From positions 1 through 64,000 of the forward strand of contig CAVSQB010000016.1 of the NCBI GenBank assembly GCA_963729895.1: DNA of 64,000 nt, in the 5' to 3' direction. The notes beneath the pieces are model-generated. The model was given only the letters and a program-made list of their open reading frames with translations, had not been told where the DNA came from and searched no databases. Every line of letters starts with the position of its first letter. The stretch's first letter is position 1. This DNA is from an uncultured Fibrobacterota bacterium. Its GTDB lineage: Bacteria; Fibrobacterota; Chitinivibrionia; Chitinivibrionales; FEN-1185. A program made the translations under genes and the position numbers. Shown one piece after another: positions 31,523 to 42,329 of this stretch.

Positions 31523-33937
31523 CTATCCCTTGTCCGGCGCCACGGCGGAATAATAGCTCGAGTAGTGGTAGTACTTGGCAGACCGCTCCGAAGAAACATC
31601 GTTGAGGACAAATCCCAGCACTTTGCCCTCTATAACCGGAAATTCGCCGATCTTCCTTGTTAATTCGACAACATTGGTTTGGCCGGCGCGGGCCACAACA
31701 AGAAAGCCGGAAAACAGCGGCGCCATCACCGCCGCGTCGATCACTGCTTCCAGGGGCGGCGAATCCATAATGACGAGCTGGAAACGGCGCGCGAGTTCTT
31801 CCTTGAGCTGGGCAAAGCGTTCCGACGCAAGTAATTCGGACGACGACTGCACAGGCGTCCCGGCGCTTATAAAAGACAAAGCGGGAAGGCCGGTGGCTTG
31901 AATGAGGGACGTAACCGTTTCCGGCGTCACTGCATCCCGAGATGCTATGAAATCGGACAAACCGGGGCTTTGTTTCTTTCCAAACCATTTGTGCAGCGTT
32001 CCCCGACGCATATCGCCGTCGACCACAATTGTTTTCAACTGCTGCTGGGCAAGGGCACATGCCAGATTGGCGGCGATGGTCGATTTCCCCGCACCCGGCT
32101 CCAGGCTCGTGACAACGACGCTTTTTTCCCTAACGTCAAATAGCCTCAACATCATTTTTGTCCTTAGCGCCCTGAACACTTCCTTGGAAACGCCTTCTTC
32201 GTCCTGGAAGATGGCGCTATGCACAGCGCCATTGTTTAGGTGCAAGCCGTTCCAATGTCCGTTGTGACCCGCTTTGCGCAAACCGTCGATCTTTGGGACT
32301 CCTTCGAGCACCACGCTTCCCGTTTTAAGAACAAAGTCGTCTTCCGAATGTGCGGTCCTGTCGAAATAGTCGGCTACAAGCAACGGAAGAACGGTAAGCG
32401 CAAGGGATACGACAACTACCAGACCGAGCATTTTGGGTAGGTTGACAGGCGGCGGTATCGGCGGCACCGCCTGGTCCATGACAAACACTTCGGCCACTTC
32501 GCCGGTGTTAAGCACCTTTGCCTGGTTGTACCTGCTGAGTACGGTTGAATAGATGTCCGAAAAAATCTGGTGGCGCCGTTCGAGCTCGGCAAGCTGCAGT
32601 TCCTTGCTCGGAAGGCTCTGGAGTTCGCTGTACATGGACTGAATGTCGGTGGTCTTTCCCGCAAGAGCCGACTGGGTTGACAAAATATAACTCTTGAGCG
32701 ATCCTATGATGTCGTCGCTCAGTTTTCCCAGTTTCCGGGTGTTTTCCAATCGAAGCGGATGGTCGTCGGCGTAATTACGACCAAGGTCGCGGGCCTGAGC
32801 GGTAAGATCGCTCAATTCTATTTGATAGGCGGACATGGAGGTAACGCTCTTTGCGGCGAGGAACGCCACGATCTCTTGCACGATGCCAAGCCTGTCGTCG
32901 GTCGAGGCGGCCGAAGCCCTGGCAGCGAGTTCCTGGGCGTCCGCCAGAGACTTCTTTGCCTCAAACGCTCCCTTTTCCATCTGGCCCAATCCGCTTACGC
33001 GCTGCTTCACATCTTCCGAGAGTCCCACTGTCGGGTTGGCCGCGCGAAAGCTTCTCAGCATCTCGGCAGACGACGAAAGGTCGCGGCTCACGGCCTCCAG
33101 CTGTTTTTCCAGCGAGGCCACCACGCTGTGCGTTCGCGATGCCTTGAAACTGGCGTTCTTCTGAACAAACGCGTCGGCAATGGCGTTGGCAACTTCGGCG
33201 ATGAGCCGATAGTCGCGTCCCTTTACCGTCACGGCAATGTTCGACACCCCGCTGCGGGAGTCCGATTCCTTGACCGTCATTACGTCGAACAAATTCTCCA
33301 CCGCGTTTTGAATGGGCCTTATCCTGAACCCGAAATCGTGCGGTGCGGCGCGGAACGGCGGGCAAAATACGAGGCGCATGCCTTGCCCGTTGAGGGTCGA
33401 AAGATCGGATATTCTTCCCTTGTACACTTGTTCCGCGGATCCAAGCGGAATGATATCTTCAAGCGAGAGCCCGCTTCCTGACTCTTTCGCAAAATACACC
33501 ACGAAGGAATCTTTGTTCTTCTTGTCGATTGCGAACCGGTAGTCCCCCGCGATTGCCTGCGAATCGACAAGTACCGAGTCGAAAATCGACCCTCGATCGA
33601 ACTTCCGTACCGCAAGCTGAAGCGAAAGCGAGCGCACAATGTCCTTGAGAAACGTTCGGCTCAAAATGAGATCCGACTGTGCCTGCATCAGACCGCTTAC
33701 GTCCTTGATCGCCGTGAGGTCCGCGGTATTCTCCACCCCGATGATGGCCGTGGTCGATTCATCGTGACGCCTATTGATAAAAACGATCAGAGCCGCCAGA
33801 CAGATGCACGTTATGACGGCCCCGGAAATAAGCAAATACCATTTGGATCGCCACACCAAATGTCGGTAGTGCCGGATCCGCTGAATCGCCTCTCCCCTCT
33901 GCTGGCGTGATCGGTCAAGATGCGTGGCGGTTTGCAT
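31523..33937 (-). CDS. wzc: Wzc polysaccharide co-polymerase / tyrosine autokinase
   Basis: Two TMs, coiled coil, GAGKST, DGDMRR, DSPP, C-terminal Tyr cluster YYHYSSYY. Confidence 0.93.
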   Translation of the reverse strand: MQTATHLDRSRQQRGEAIQRIRHYRHLVWRSKWYLLISGAVITCICLAALIVFINRRHDESTTAIIGVENTADLTAIKDVSGLMQAQSDLILSRTFLKDIVRSLSLQLAVRKFDRGSIFDSVLVDSQAIAGDYRFAIDKKNKDSFVVYFAKESGSGLSLEDIIPLGSAEQVYKGRISDLSTLNGQGMRLVFCPPFRAAPHDFGFRIRPIQNAVENLFDVMTVKESDSRSGVSNIAVTVKGRDYRLIAEVANAIADAFVQKNASFKASRTHSVVASLEKQLEAVSRDLSSSAEMLRSFRAANPTVGLSEDVKQRVSGLGQMEKGAFEAKKSLADAQELAARASAASTDDRLGIVQEIVAFLAAKSVTSMSAYQIELSDLTAQARDLGRNYADDHPLRLENTRKLGKLSDDIIGSLKSYILSTQSALAGKTTDIQSMYSELQSLPSKELQLAELERRHQIFSDIYSTVLSRYNQAKVLNTGEVAEVFVMDQAVPPIPPPVNLPKMLGLVVVVSLALTVLPLLVADYFDRTAHSEDDFVLKTGSVVLEGVPKIDGLRKAGHNGHWNGLHLNNGAVHSAIFQDEEGVSKEVFRALRTKMMLRLFDVREKSVVVTSLEPGAGKSTIAANLACALAQQQLKTIVVDGDMRRGTLHKWFGKKQSPGLSDFIASRDAVTPETVTSLIQATGLPALSFISAGTPVQSSSELLASERFAQLKEELARRFQLVIMDSPPLEAVIDAAVMAPLFSGFLVVARAGQTNVVELTRKIGEFPVIEGKVLGFVLNDVSSERSAKYYHYSSYYSAVAPDKG

Positions 33938-34770
33938 TACTTAGTCCCTCTGTAAGTCTGATACACATAGTAGACAGTTGCCGATGCTGCCAAAGCGGAT
34001 ACAGAAACGCTGATAATGGGAAGGACCCCGGTGGTGAATATTTCCCATCCGTCCCGCTTGGGGACGTGCGTAACCCAGAGTTGGTCCCCGGATTGAATCC
34101 CGATGGTTTTGAGAGACGCTCCCGACTGGATGGACGCGAGCAGGTTGTTGCTCACGGTCTGCCCGCTACGCTCCCATGTAATCTTCTTTATGCCGTCTTC
34201 CCGCGCCGGTCCTCCCGCCATTGCAATTGCTTCCCACAAAGACGCCGATGGGCTGATGTAAAAAAGCCCCGGCTTGGAGAATCCGCCCAGCAGGGAAAGA
34301 CGCATGAGAGGCAGCACCTGGACGGTGGGATACCGGAGAAACTGGAGATACACCGAGTTGAGATACAATGAAAAATTCCTCTCGGGCATGGTATCTATCT
34401 TCACTTTCCCCACAATGGGAAGAAACACGCAACCGTCGTCGTCGATATGATATATGCCATTGACGAAATGCAGGGAGTCCTGGAACACGGCTATGCGAAC
34501 CGCGTCACCTTTCGTAAATGGCCGCTCCGCACTTTGGGACAACGGTCCTTCGCCGTGCCAGCTTTGCGGCTTGGGCATACCGGAGGCGTTTCCCAATGTG
34601 AGGGAGAATGGCTGGCCGGTATTCAGCTGCGATTGGGCAAAACCTTCACCTGCGCAAAACAGCAGGATTGCCGAACAGTACAGAAAGAATCGGGCGCTGT
34701 GCCCGACCGGCAGGAATATTCTTGGTTCGAAGCACAGAAGCCGTGCGTTATCTTGAGTGATCTTTCTGAT
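33937..34770 (-). CDS. wza: Polysaccharide export protein (Poly_export + SLBB, Wza-like); start uncertain (ATC 34770 or TTG 34596)
   Basis: GD.VRI...IDDDG...PIVG, AIAMAGG; frame is open upstream of the TTG and encodes a signal-peptide-like stretch. Confidence 0.75.
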   Translation of the reverse strand: MRKITQDNARLLCFEPRIFLPVGHSARFFLYCSAILLFCAGEGFAQSQLNTGQPFSLTLGNASGMPKPQSWHGEGPLSQSAERPFTKGDAVRIAVFQDSLHFVNGIYHIDDDGCVFLPIVGKVKIDTMPERNFSLYLNSVYLQFLRYPTVQVLPLMRLSLLGGFSKPGLFYISPSASLWEAIAMAGGPAREDGIKKITWERSGQTVSNNLLASIQSGASLKTIGIQSGDQLWVTHVPKRDGWEIFTTGVLPIISVSVSALAASATVYYVYQTYRGTK

Positions 34771-34826
34771 GTCGCCCGCTCCAGTTGAGGAAAACGCTTC
34801 ACGTTATCTTCACGTGATATAGGTAT

Positions 34827-34841
34827 GCAATAGCTGTGCCG
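34827..34841 (-). promoter_or_regulatory. Sigma-54 promoter of the wza-wzc arm
   Basis: CGGCAC-AGCTA-TTGC(A). Confidence 0.7.
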
Positions 34842-35123
34842 CTCAATAGACTTATCCCGATCCGCATGGTTGTCGCGAAGAGATTTTGAAAAGAACCCGG
34901 GGCAAGATAGACAGCACCGATTAAGCAGTGCAAAGATAGAATTGCGGATTTATAGTAGTGCAAGAACAGATTTCGCACAACTGGAAAAGGGCTCTCAGAA
35001 GTGAGAATGGCAGTTGCCGCAAACGCGGTGGAATTCCGTCAGCAGGATTTGAATGTACAAGAGATGAGTCGGGAAATGTCAGAACGCGGGTTTTTCGTCA
35101 CGGATGAGCTACGGCAAGCCCTT

Positions 35124-35138
35124 TGGCACGAGTTTTGT
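35124..35138 (+). promoter_or_regulatory. Possible sigma-54 promoter of pirin-osmC
   Basis: TGGCAC-GAGTT-TTGT (non-consensus -12). Confidence 0.45.
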
Positions 35139-35169
35139 GCTTACACCAATGCCGTAAAAGGGGACGATT

Positions 35170-36087
35170 ATGCCCAAAACGAGAAAAATCAGGAAAGTTC
35201 TTAAGGGTAAACCAACGCTCGAAGGCGCCGGGGTTCATTTGAAACGGGCTTTCGGAAACGACCACGTACCGGAATTGGATCCATTCCTCCTGCTCGACGA
35301 TTTTCATTCAAGCAATCCGGCTGATTACGTAAAGGGATTTCCATGGCATCCGCACCGGGGGATCGAAACCATTACCTATGTCTTGCATGGTGAGGTTGAG
35401 CATGGCGACAGCATGGGCAATACGGGTATAATTTCATCCGGAGACGTTCAGTGGATGACCGCAGGCAGCGGAATCGTCCATCAGGAAATGCCCAAGGGCT
35501 CAAAAAGCGGACTGATGTGGGGGTTCCAATTATGGGCGAATCTTCCCGCTTCGCACAAGATGATGCCTCCCCGGTATCGCGGCATTGTGCAAAGCCAAAT
35601 TCCGGAAGTCGTTTTGGAAAATGGCGTGAAAGTGAAAATAGTCTGCGGTGCGGCACACGGCGCGGTCGGGCCGGTGCGGGATATTGTGACCGATCCCGAA
35701 TACCTTGATATTTCTGTCCCTGCCGGCACGCTTTACACACGCAAAACACCCAAGGGACACACCGTATTCTCCTATATCATTGACGGTTGCGGATGTTTCA
35801 ATGATGAGCACGATCCCTACGCCTTTGAAATGAAGGGCAGCAACTACTTCGACATGTCCCGGGACTCGTTACTGCGCCGCGAATCTTTGGTGATCTTCGG
35901 CGATGGAGAGGAGGTCTCGGTTGCCACGGACAAAGAACCGATACGGTTCCTTCTGGTTTCCGGAAAACCAATCGGCGAACCGGTGGCGTGGTACGGTCCG
36001 ATCGTCATGAACACCGTAGACGAGTTGAAAACCGCGTTCAGGGAATACGAAGACGGAACATTTCTTAAGCATCAAGGCTCAGCATGA
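35170..36087 (+). CDS. Pirin family protein
   Basis: DPFLLLD, HPHRGIETITY, WMTAGSGIVHQE. Confidence 0.95.
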   Translation: MPKTRKIRKVLKGKPTLEGAGVHLKRAFGNDHVPELDPFLLLDDFHSSNPADYVKGFPWHPHRGIETITYVLHGEVEHGDSMGNTGIISSGDVQWMTAGSGIVHQEMPKGSKSGLMWGFQLWANLPASHKMMPPRYRGIVQSQIPEVVLENGVKVKIVCGAAHGAVGPVRDIVTDPEYLDISVPAGTLYTRKTPKGHTVFSYIIDGCGCFNDEHDPYAFEMKGSNYFDMSRDSLLRRESLVIFGDGEEVSVATDKEPIRFLLVSGKPIGEPVAWYGPIVMNTVDELKTAFREYEDGTFLKHQGSA

Positions 36088-36111
36088 CAAACCCAAACAA
36101 GGAGGAAGAAG

Positions 36112-36552
36112 ATGCCGGTTCGTAAAGCAGAAGCAGTGTGGAACGGGACTCTTGCAAAGGGAGCCGGAACCATGAGCGTGGGAAGCGGTGGCCTGACACA
36201 GGGCTATTCATTTTCATCACGGTTCGAAAACGGCAAAGGCAGTAATCCGGAAGAACTTGTGGGCTCGGCCCTGGCCGGCTGCTTCTCGATGGCACTTTCG
36301 ATGATGCTCGAACAGGCTGGTTTTCCGCCGGAACAGATTCATACGACGGCGCTTGTCCACATTGAGAAAGACGGAAGCGGATTTTCGATAACATCCATAG
36401 ACCTTGACACACAAGGGACCGTTCCGGGGTGCAGCGAAGAGGCATTCCAGACACAGGCAAACGCGGCCAAGGTAAACTGTCCCGTCTCAAAGGCGCTGGC
36501 CGGCACTGCAATATCCTTGCGTGCAAGGCTTCTGTCGCCGAAAGCTCACTAA
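36112..36552 (+). CDS. osmC: OsmC peroxiredoxin
   Basis: NPEEL....AGCFSMAL, CPVSKAL. Confidence 0.93.
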   Translation: MPVRKAEAVWNGTLAKGAGTMSVGSGGLTQGYSFSSRFENGKGSNPEELVGSALAGCFSMALSMMLEQAGFPPEQIHTTALVHIEKDGSGFSITSIDLDTQGTVPGCSEEAFQTQANAAKVNCPVSKALAGTAISLRARLLSPKAH

Positions 36553-36775
36553 CCCTCTCTCCGGGACAGGTACAGCCGTTCCCATCGAACATTGAGACGG
36601 CCCAGCCTGGCGAAAACAGGTTGAGGGAAACGTGCTACGGGAATATGTATTTTCAAAAGAAGAGTAGGAAACGCGGTGTACTCTTGCGCAACACGTCGGA
36701 TAAGATTGAATGTTGAGCGGGCCCCCGTGAGCCGATGAAGTAACCAGGCGACGATGACATTCGTGAGGACACAGT

Positions 36776-37045
36776 ATGCATCCAACTGAGCCACACAAGC
36801 TGCTGACCGATCTGCAGGAAGAACTGAAGCGAACCAGCTTTCCGGATCCTGCAACCAGAGAAAGGGTAATGAACCTTGTCGATCTTATTGACCGTTCCGT
36901 GGCACGGGAATCGGGAGTGGCTTTGAACCGCAATGAGCTTGTGCAGTCTCTCAAGGAGTCGTTGATGCACCTGGAGGTTTCGCACCCTGCAATCACTGCG
37001 GCCATCAACAACATTATAAACACCCTTAACAATATAGGAATTTGA
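36776..37045 (+). CDS. Small helical protein, DUF4404-like
   Basis: LEVSHP....INNIINTLNNIGI C-terminus; GAGGA RBS. Confidence 0.65.
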   Translation: MHPTEPHKLLTDLQEELKRTSFPDPATRERVMNLVDLIDRSVARESGVALNRNELVQSLKESLMHLEVSHPAITAAINNIINTLNNIGI

Positions 37046-37086
37046 CATTCTTGATTAAGAGTAATCATGAGAGGGCCGAGCATTCT

Positions 37087-37833
37087 ATGAGGACTTGCAA
37101 CATTGCGCTGCTGGGTTTCTTCTACGTTTTCTTCGCAACCGTGTCCCTCTATTCATGCTTTGCGCAGGATGGCGCCGGACATGCCAGGCTCCAAACCTTC
37201 ATTTCATATTACGAAGACGGAGAGTATCAAAAGGCCGCCGACAGCCTGGGAGCATTGCTGCCGTCCGTTGCCGGCGGCAGAGACGAGGTGGATGCGTACA
37301 AGTATCTCGGGTTCTCTTTTGCAATGCTCAACTGGGTCGACAAGTCCAAGGAAACTTTTAAGACCGCACTGAAGAAATTCCCGCGCATGGACATCGACAC
37401 GCTTGAGGTCCCGCCGAACATTGCCATCATATTCAGGCAGGCGAAGCTCGAGCGAAGGCTGGAAACCATGGATACCTTATCCATGCGAAAACCGGTTGTG
37501 GTGGTCGAGAGGAGAAATGTCGCGTTGCCCACGGTGCTTTTGTCCATTTCCATCGTGAGCGCGGTCGTGGGTGCGGAACTTTTCTACAACGGATTTCAGC
37601 AGTACCAGCAGTACAAGCAGTACAAGCCGCCGGCCAACACGCCGGACCAGAGCGTTCTGGACAAATACTACTCCAATGCGAGAAACTCTTATGTCGGCGG
37701 CGCAGCGTGCGCGAGTGTTACAGCGGTGCTTGTGCCGGTGTCGCTTTATTTGTTCCTGAAAAAAGAGCCACCCGCCAAGAAGATAAGGATTTCCTTTACG
37801 AACCGGGGCTCGTCGCTTGTCTGGTTGTTTTGA
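37087..37833 (+). CDS. Exported TPR-like protein with C-terminal membrane helices
   Basis: Signal peptide, TPR-like helices (AYKYLG..A...FK.AL), two TMs. Confidence 0.6.
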   Translation: MRTCNIALLGFFYVFFATVSLYSCFAQDGAGHARLQTFISYYEDGEYQKAADSLGALLPSVAGGRDEVDAYKYLGFSFAMLNWVDKSKETFKTALKKFPRMDIDTLEVPPNIAIIFRQAKLERRLETMDTLSMRKPVVVVERRNVALPTVLLSISIVSAVVGAELFYNGFQQYQQYKQYKPPANTPDQSVLDKYYSNARNSYVGGAACASVTAVLVPVSLYLFLKKEPPAKKIRISFTNRGSSLVWLF

Positions 37834-37883
37834 TTGCAGGAAACGATTTCACCGCTATGAGGTCTCCAAATCTACGCAGCTTT

Positions 37884-39794
37884 CTATTGTTCGAGCTGAA
37901 TCTTGACCCGTGTCACCTCTCCCCTGGCAACATGCACGGTTTCTGAGAACGGCTTGAAACCCTCCCGCTTGAGGGTCACCTGGTGGTCACCCTCTGAAAG
38001 AGAGAGAGGCTTCGGCGTAGGAGTTGTACCCTGGAATGAGTCATCCACGTAGATATCTGCCCAAGGATACGAATGAACGTGAAGGAGGCCGACGCCTTTT
38101 TCCAGTTGCTTGAGAGAAATAGTGACGATCTGCGATGCATCGGCCCGGATCGTGATGGATGCGTTGTACGCTGCATATCCCTCGGCAATTGCATACACCG
38201 CATGAGGGCCCGCCGCAAGCCGCTTCCCGTGCGTCAACTCATCAAGAGGCGCCTTTCTTCCGTCAAGGAAAATGGCAGTCTGGGCCGGTTCCACTGCCGC
38301 TATCAGGATGCCGTATTTTGAATCTTGCCGGGAAGCTCCAAGCCTTCGCTCAACGGAATTGTCATGAGCAGACGCAGCCGCTCCAAGCGTGCGCGGCACG
38401 GTTTGGGCGGGCCTTCGCACGTTCGGAGCAATCGCGGTGAGTTCGTGCCCGAGAGCAGCGTATTCCGACAACATTTCTTTTCCCGTGTCCGAAGGCGCGG
38501 CCGGAGCAGCCTGACTATCACGCAGCGACGCACGCGCGACGCTCTCCTTATCACTCTTCTCCAAAAGGTTTCTTGAATCGATGGTCCGGTTCTTCTGCGA
38601 AAACATGATTGCCGGTGCCGCTCCCAGGGCCGCAATGCAAAGTATCCCAACCACAACTGCGGGAGCCTTGGAGAATCTTGACTTCCTGGATTTCACTCCC
38701 GGCGCCGGGCCCGCGTGCACCAGAATATCCCGCGGCGACAATCGTGGCGTTATCCGGGAGTTCTGCGAATGTCCCGCAAATTCCTGCGACAGCATATCAC
38801 GAAAACCGAATTTCTCCGCTTCTCTGAAGTGGATGTCGGACTTTACCTGGTCTCCGCCCGAAAGGCACTCGTTCCCCTTCTGCATATGATAGCTTGCAAG
38901 CAGGTTGTAGAGCTCAGCAGAAGCCGCTTCCTTATCACCGACGAATTTTTCTATTTCCTTCTCACTATCGCGAATTCCCAGATCGAAGAAGTAGTTCTCG
39001 AGTGATTCTATTAACGGCTCCAATGAGCCAAGCCGCCTTTTCGGGTCTTTTTGAAGGCACGATCTCACAGCTTCGGCGAGATCGTCCCTCATGGCAGGAA
39101 CGCGCTGCTGAATGTCCTGCTCCTTATCGTGAACAATTGAGTAGATAACCGTTCGCACGCTATCGGAGGCGAACGGAAGTTTTCCGCACAGCAGGCGGTA
39201 GGCAAGAACGCCGACTGCCCAAATATCCACCCGGATATCCTGTTTTGCGGTTCCGCTTGCCACTTCAGGGGCCATGTACCCCGGCGTAATGAATATGCTT
39301 GAGGCGTCCTTGTTGTCTGCGGCGTTGGAAACTGCCTGGGCCAGCCCAAAATCAAGTACTTTCACCTTGCCGGTTTTTGAAATCAGGATGTTGCTCGGTT
39401 TAACGTCACAGTGTATTGTCCCCTGTCGATGGGCGTACTCCAAACCCTTTACGGCTTGAAGCAAAACCATAAGCCCAATCTCGGTTGGAAACGGTTGCCA
39501 ATGCATGAGCTGCTGCAGGTCGGGACCGTCCACAAATTCCATTGAGATAAAAAAGGAGCCGTTGTCCGCGCCAAAATCGTATAACCGGATGATGTTATCG
39601 TGATCCAATGCTGCGGCGGACCTTGCCTCATTCTCAAACATCTTGATGAGTTTCGCGTCCTTGTGCAGATTGGAGGCCAGTTCCTTGATTATGACCTTTC
39701 TGCCAAGCGAAACCTGGGTGGCAATGTAAACATTACCCATTCCACCTTCGCCCACCTTACGGATATCCGAAAAATCTTTCAGCGAAAAAGCCAT
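37884..39794 (-). CDS. Hanks-type Ser/Thr protein kinase with TM and PEGA domains
   Basis: GEGGMG, HCDVKPSN, DFG, APE; SYPWADIYVD...GTTP. Confidence 0.93.
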   Translation of the reverse strand: MAFSLKDFSDIRKVGEGGMGNVYIATQVSLGRKVIIKELASNLHKDAKLIKMFENEARSAAALDHDNIIRLYDFGADNGSFFISMEFVDGPDLQQLMHWQPFPTEIGLMVLLQAVKGLEYAHRQGTIHCDVKPSNILISKTGKVKVLDFGLAQAVSNAADNKDASSIFITPGYMAPEVASGTAKQDIRVDIWAVGVLAYRLLCGKLPFASDSVRTVIYSIVHDKEQDIQQRVPAMRDDLAEAVRSCLQKDPKRRLGSLEPLIESLENYFFDLGIRDSEKEIEKFVGDKEAASAELYNLLASYHMQKGNECLSGGDQVKSDIHFREAEKFGFRDMLSQEFAGHSQNSRITPRLSPRDILVHAGPAPGVKSRKSRFSKAPAVVVGILCIAALGAAPAIMFSQKNRTIDSRNLLEKSDKESVARASLRDSQAAPAAPSDTGKEMLSEYAALGHELTAIAPNVRRPAQTVPRTLGAAASAHDNSVERRLGASRQDSKYGILIAAVEPAQTAIFLDGRKAPLDELTHGKRLAAGPHAVYAIAEGYAAYNASITIRADASQIVTISLKQLEKGVGLLHVHSYPWADIYVDDSFQGTTPTPKPLSLSEGDHQVTLKREGFKPFSETVHVARGEVTRVKIQLEQ

Positions 39795-39916
39795 CTAACT
39801 CTTTCTCCACTGTGTAATTAAGACACGTCGTCTTGGACTCCTTCTCTTCAACCCGGGCGATGCGTATCTCTCGCCGGCGACATAACGATCATGATTGCCC
39901 TCACCTATATTGGTAT

Positions 39917-39931
39917 GCAATTGGCATGCCT
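39917..39931 (-). promoter_or_regulatory. Sigma-54 promoter of the Ser/Thr kinase
   Basis: AGGCAT-GCCAA-TTGC(A). Confidence 0.6.
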
Positions 39932-40113
39932 TCAGCACCGGTTACATGCCGAAAATGGCTTGTGGCGAGCATAAACGGCCCGCATGTGGTTTGTGAGGGG
40001 AAAGCGAGGTGGGGTTCATCATGGAACGCCGGCACGCACGATAACTTCGAGCGCCGTCATGAGTGTCTACGCCGGGTACGTTGAGTGGAATACGGATGGA
40101 AATGGAAATTGAT

Positions 40114-40455
40114 TTACGGTGAAGATTGGTCCATCTTGTCAATTTTGGCAGCCAGGATGAAATCGTTGGCGGACAGACCGCCAACGGCATGCGTGGAAAG
40201 CTCCACAACCACCCTCTTGTAGAACACGAGTATGTCGGGGTGATGATCTTCCGCGTCGGCCAACGAGCCCACTCGCGAGACGAATTCGATGCCATCGAGG
40301 TATTTTTTAAACTTTGTTTCCTTTCGGAGCATGTGCGTTCCCTGACGCACAATTTCCCATCCGGAAAGTTCCTTGAAGTACCTATCTTCGTCAACTTCGG
40401 TCAAGGGCGGCGTACCGCCTTTACATGGAACACAATGTCTCTGGCTGAGGTTCAT
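40114..40455 (-). CDS. phhB: Pterin-4-alpha-carbinolamine dehydratase
   Basis: CVPC, EDHHPD, THAVGGLSANDFILAAKID. Confidence 0.92.
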   Translation of the reverse strand: MNLSQRHCVPCKGGTPPLTEVDEDRYFKELSGWEIVRQGTHMLRKETKFKKYLDGIEFVSRVGSLADAEDHHPDILVFYKRVVVELSTHAVGGLSANDFILAAKIDKMDQSSP

Positions 40456-40499
40456 GTGCCTGCTCCTTTAAAGCCTTTGACAACCGCATCAATTGCACA

Positions 40500-40991
40500 T
40501 TAATATTCATCCTGATGATTCCATTCCGCATTTTCCAACCATTCGTTGGGATGTCGCTGGAATTCCATCATTTGATTGATAAGGCGCACATGGGTGTGTT
40601 CCTGGTGGATAATGAGCTTGAGTACCGTCTTCTGCTCCTCATTTGCCGTGCGGGCCTCGGCATCGTTGTAAAATGCTATACTTTTCTCCTCAAGGCTCAG
40701 CGCCTTTTTGTACGCGTCCTCGTGGTCGATTGCCGGTGTCCCTGCGGTCACGAAATTCCTGGAGATTTCTCGAAAAACCTCTACTGTTTTTCTCACCAGG
40801 TTTGTGTCCTCCACGGCAGGCGCCTTCACATTTCTCTTCCAGGCGCTGAATATGTCGTAGTGCCGTCTTTCTTCTCGCGCAAAAAACTCGAAAATGCCCG
40901 CGATCTGCCGAAGCGGGGTCCTTGCGGCAAGGTCCGTATAGAAGTCGATTCCTTCGGTCTCAATAGCCATCGCAAAATCCAGCATGTCCAT
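40500..40991 (-). CDS. Ferritin-like / rubrerythrin-family di-iron protein
   Basis: E..GIDFY, EERRH, EEKSIAFY, EHTH. Confidence 0.88.
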   Translation of the reverse strand: MDMLDFAMAIETEGIDFYTDLAARTPLRQIAGIFEFFAREERRHYDIFSAWKRNVKAPAVEDTNLVRKTVEVFREISRNFVTAGTPAIDHEDAYKKALSLEEKSIAFYNDAEARTANEEQKTVLKLIIHQEHTHVRLINQMMEFQRHPNEWLENAEWNHQDEY

Positions 40992-41012
40992 GGTGTAAGT
41001 CCTTTTGTTATG

Positions 41013-42329
41013 TCAAGGTGCCTTTGGAAGCGTAAAGTAAAAATGAGATCCCTTGCCGAGTTCCGATTCCACCCATATTTCTCCGCCGTGCGCATCTACA
41101 ATTTCTTTTGAGATTGCAAGCCCCAGCCCCATTCCTTTCATGCTCTTCCCGTTCGCCTTTGGGCTTGTCTTTGCTTTGTAATACTTCTCAAAAATCCTTT
41201 CCCGGTCTTCTTCCTGTATTCCGGGGCCGCAGTCCTTGACCCCGATTCGTACCGCACCGTCCTTTTCGACGGCGGAAACGGTTACGCTGCATTCCGGTCC
41301 GGTGTAGCGAACCGCGTTATCGATCAGGTTAATGAGAACCTGTTTGACCTTTTCACAATCTGCCATGACGGAAGCAACGTTGGAATCCGGCAAGGCTGCT
41401 TTCACGGTTACATTCGGCGGCGGCCGAAGCGAGTTTAAAACATCGCGTATCAGGTCGCACACGTTTGTTTCCTTCAGGTCGAATACGGCGCGTCCCTTCT
41501 CCAGTCTTGCAACGTCGAGCAGTTCCTCCAACATGTGATTGAGCCGCCGGCCCTCCGACAATATGATCCCCGCATATTTCTCGCGTTCGCCCTCGGCAAG
41601 AAAGATTTCTTTGGAAAGGAGGGTTTGGGCGAATCCGATGATCGTTCCGAGCGGAACGCGCAATTCGTGTGATGCAATAGATAGAAAATCGTTCTTTATC
41701 TTGTCGAGGGTCCTGAATTTCTCAATTGAAATCTCGAGTTCCTCCTGTTTTTCCCGGAGGGACTGGTTCGTTTGCATCAAATCTTTGTTGATTCTTTGAG
41801 CGATCGCCTCGGATTTCAGGCGTTCGGTAACATCGGCGATGGCAGTCCTGGCCCGCACGGGTCCGCCTGCCGGCCCTTTTACCAGCATCCCCGAAAGCAT
41901 GGCGGCAAACCGACCGCTGTTGCGTTTTGCAATCCTGAGCCCAATCGCCTGCGAAGAGCCGGAATCAAAGACCTGTTTGCAAAATGAATCGAAGGAATTC
42001 CGGTCGCATCGAACGACGAAGTCCGCAAATTGCATTTTGATAAGTCGGCTTCTGTCAACGCCGACCATGGATGCGAAGGCAATGTTCGCTTCGAGAATAG
42101 CGCCCTTCCTGTCGATTGAAAAATATCCCATCGGCGCGAAATCGTAGAGGTCCCGGAAATTCCTTCTGGACTTTTCGAGCACTTCCCGAATTCTGCGCAA
42201 TTCCCGGTTTTGCGCCTCAAGGTCATGTTGGTGCGCCTGCAAATCGGAAACCAGCCTGTCGAGGTTGCCTGCGGAAAGGCCAAGTTCTTCCCTCGGATCG
42301 GAACCTATTCTTTTTTCAGGTTTTCCCAT
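41013..42329 (-). CDS. Cytoplasmic PAS-domain sensor histidine kinase
   Basis: [22 protein letters not shown]1/F/G2 boxes. Confidence 0.92.
   Translation of the reverse strand: MGKPEKRIGSDPREELGLSAGNLDRLVSDLQAHQHDLEAQNRELRRIREVLEKSRRNFRDLYDFAPMGYFSIDRKGAILEANIAFASMVGVDRSRLIKMQFADFVVRCDRNSFDSFCKQVFDSGSSQAIGLRIAKRNSGRFAAMLSGMLVKGPAGGPVRARTAIADVTERLKSEAIAQRINKDLMQTNQSLREKQEELEISIEKFRTLDKIKNDFLSIASHELRVPLGTIIGFAQTLLSKEIFLAEGEREKYAGIILSEGRRLNHMLEELLDVARLEKGRAVFDLKETNVCDLIRDVLNSLRPPPNVTVKAALPDSNVASVMADCEKVKQVLINLIDNAVRYTGPECSVTVSAVEKDGAVRIGVKDCGPGIQEEDRERIFEKYYKAKTSPKANGKSMKGMGLGLAISKEIVDAHGGEIWVESELGKGSHFYFTLPKAP

Noticed and set aside
11028..34770. Exosortase/PEP-CTERM system suggested by the FemAB, deacetylase and VanZ genes
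   Set aside because: No exosortase or PEP-CTERM tail found in the window
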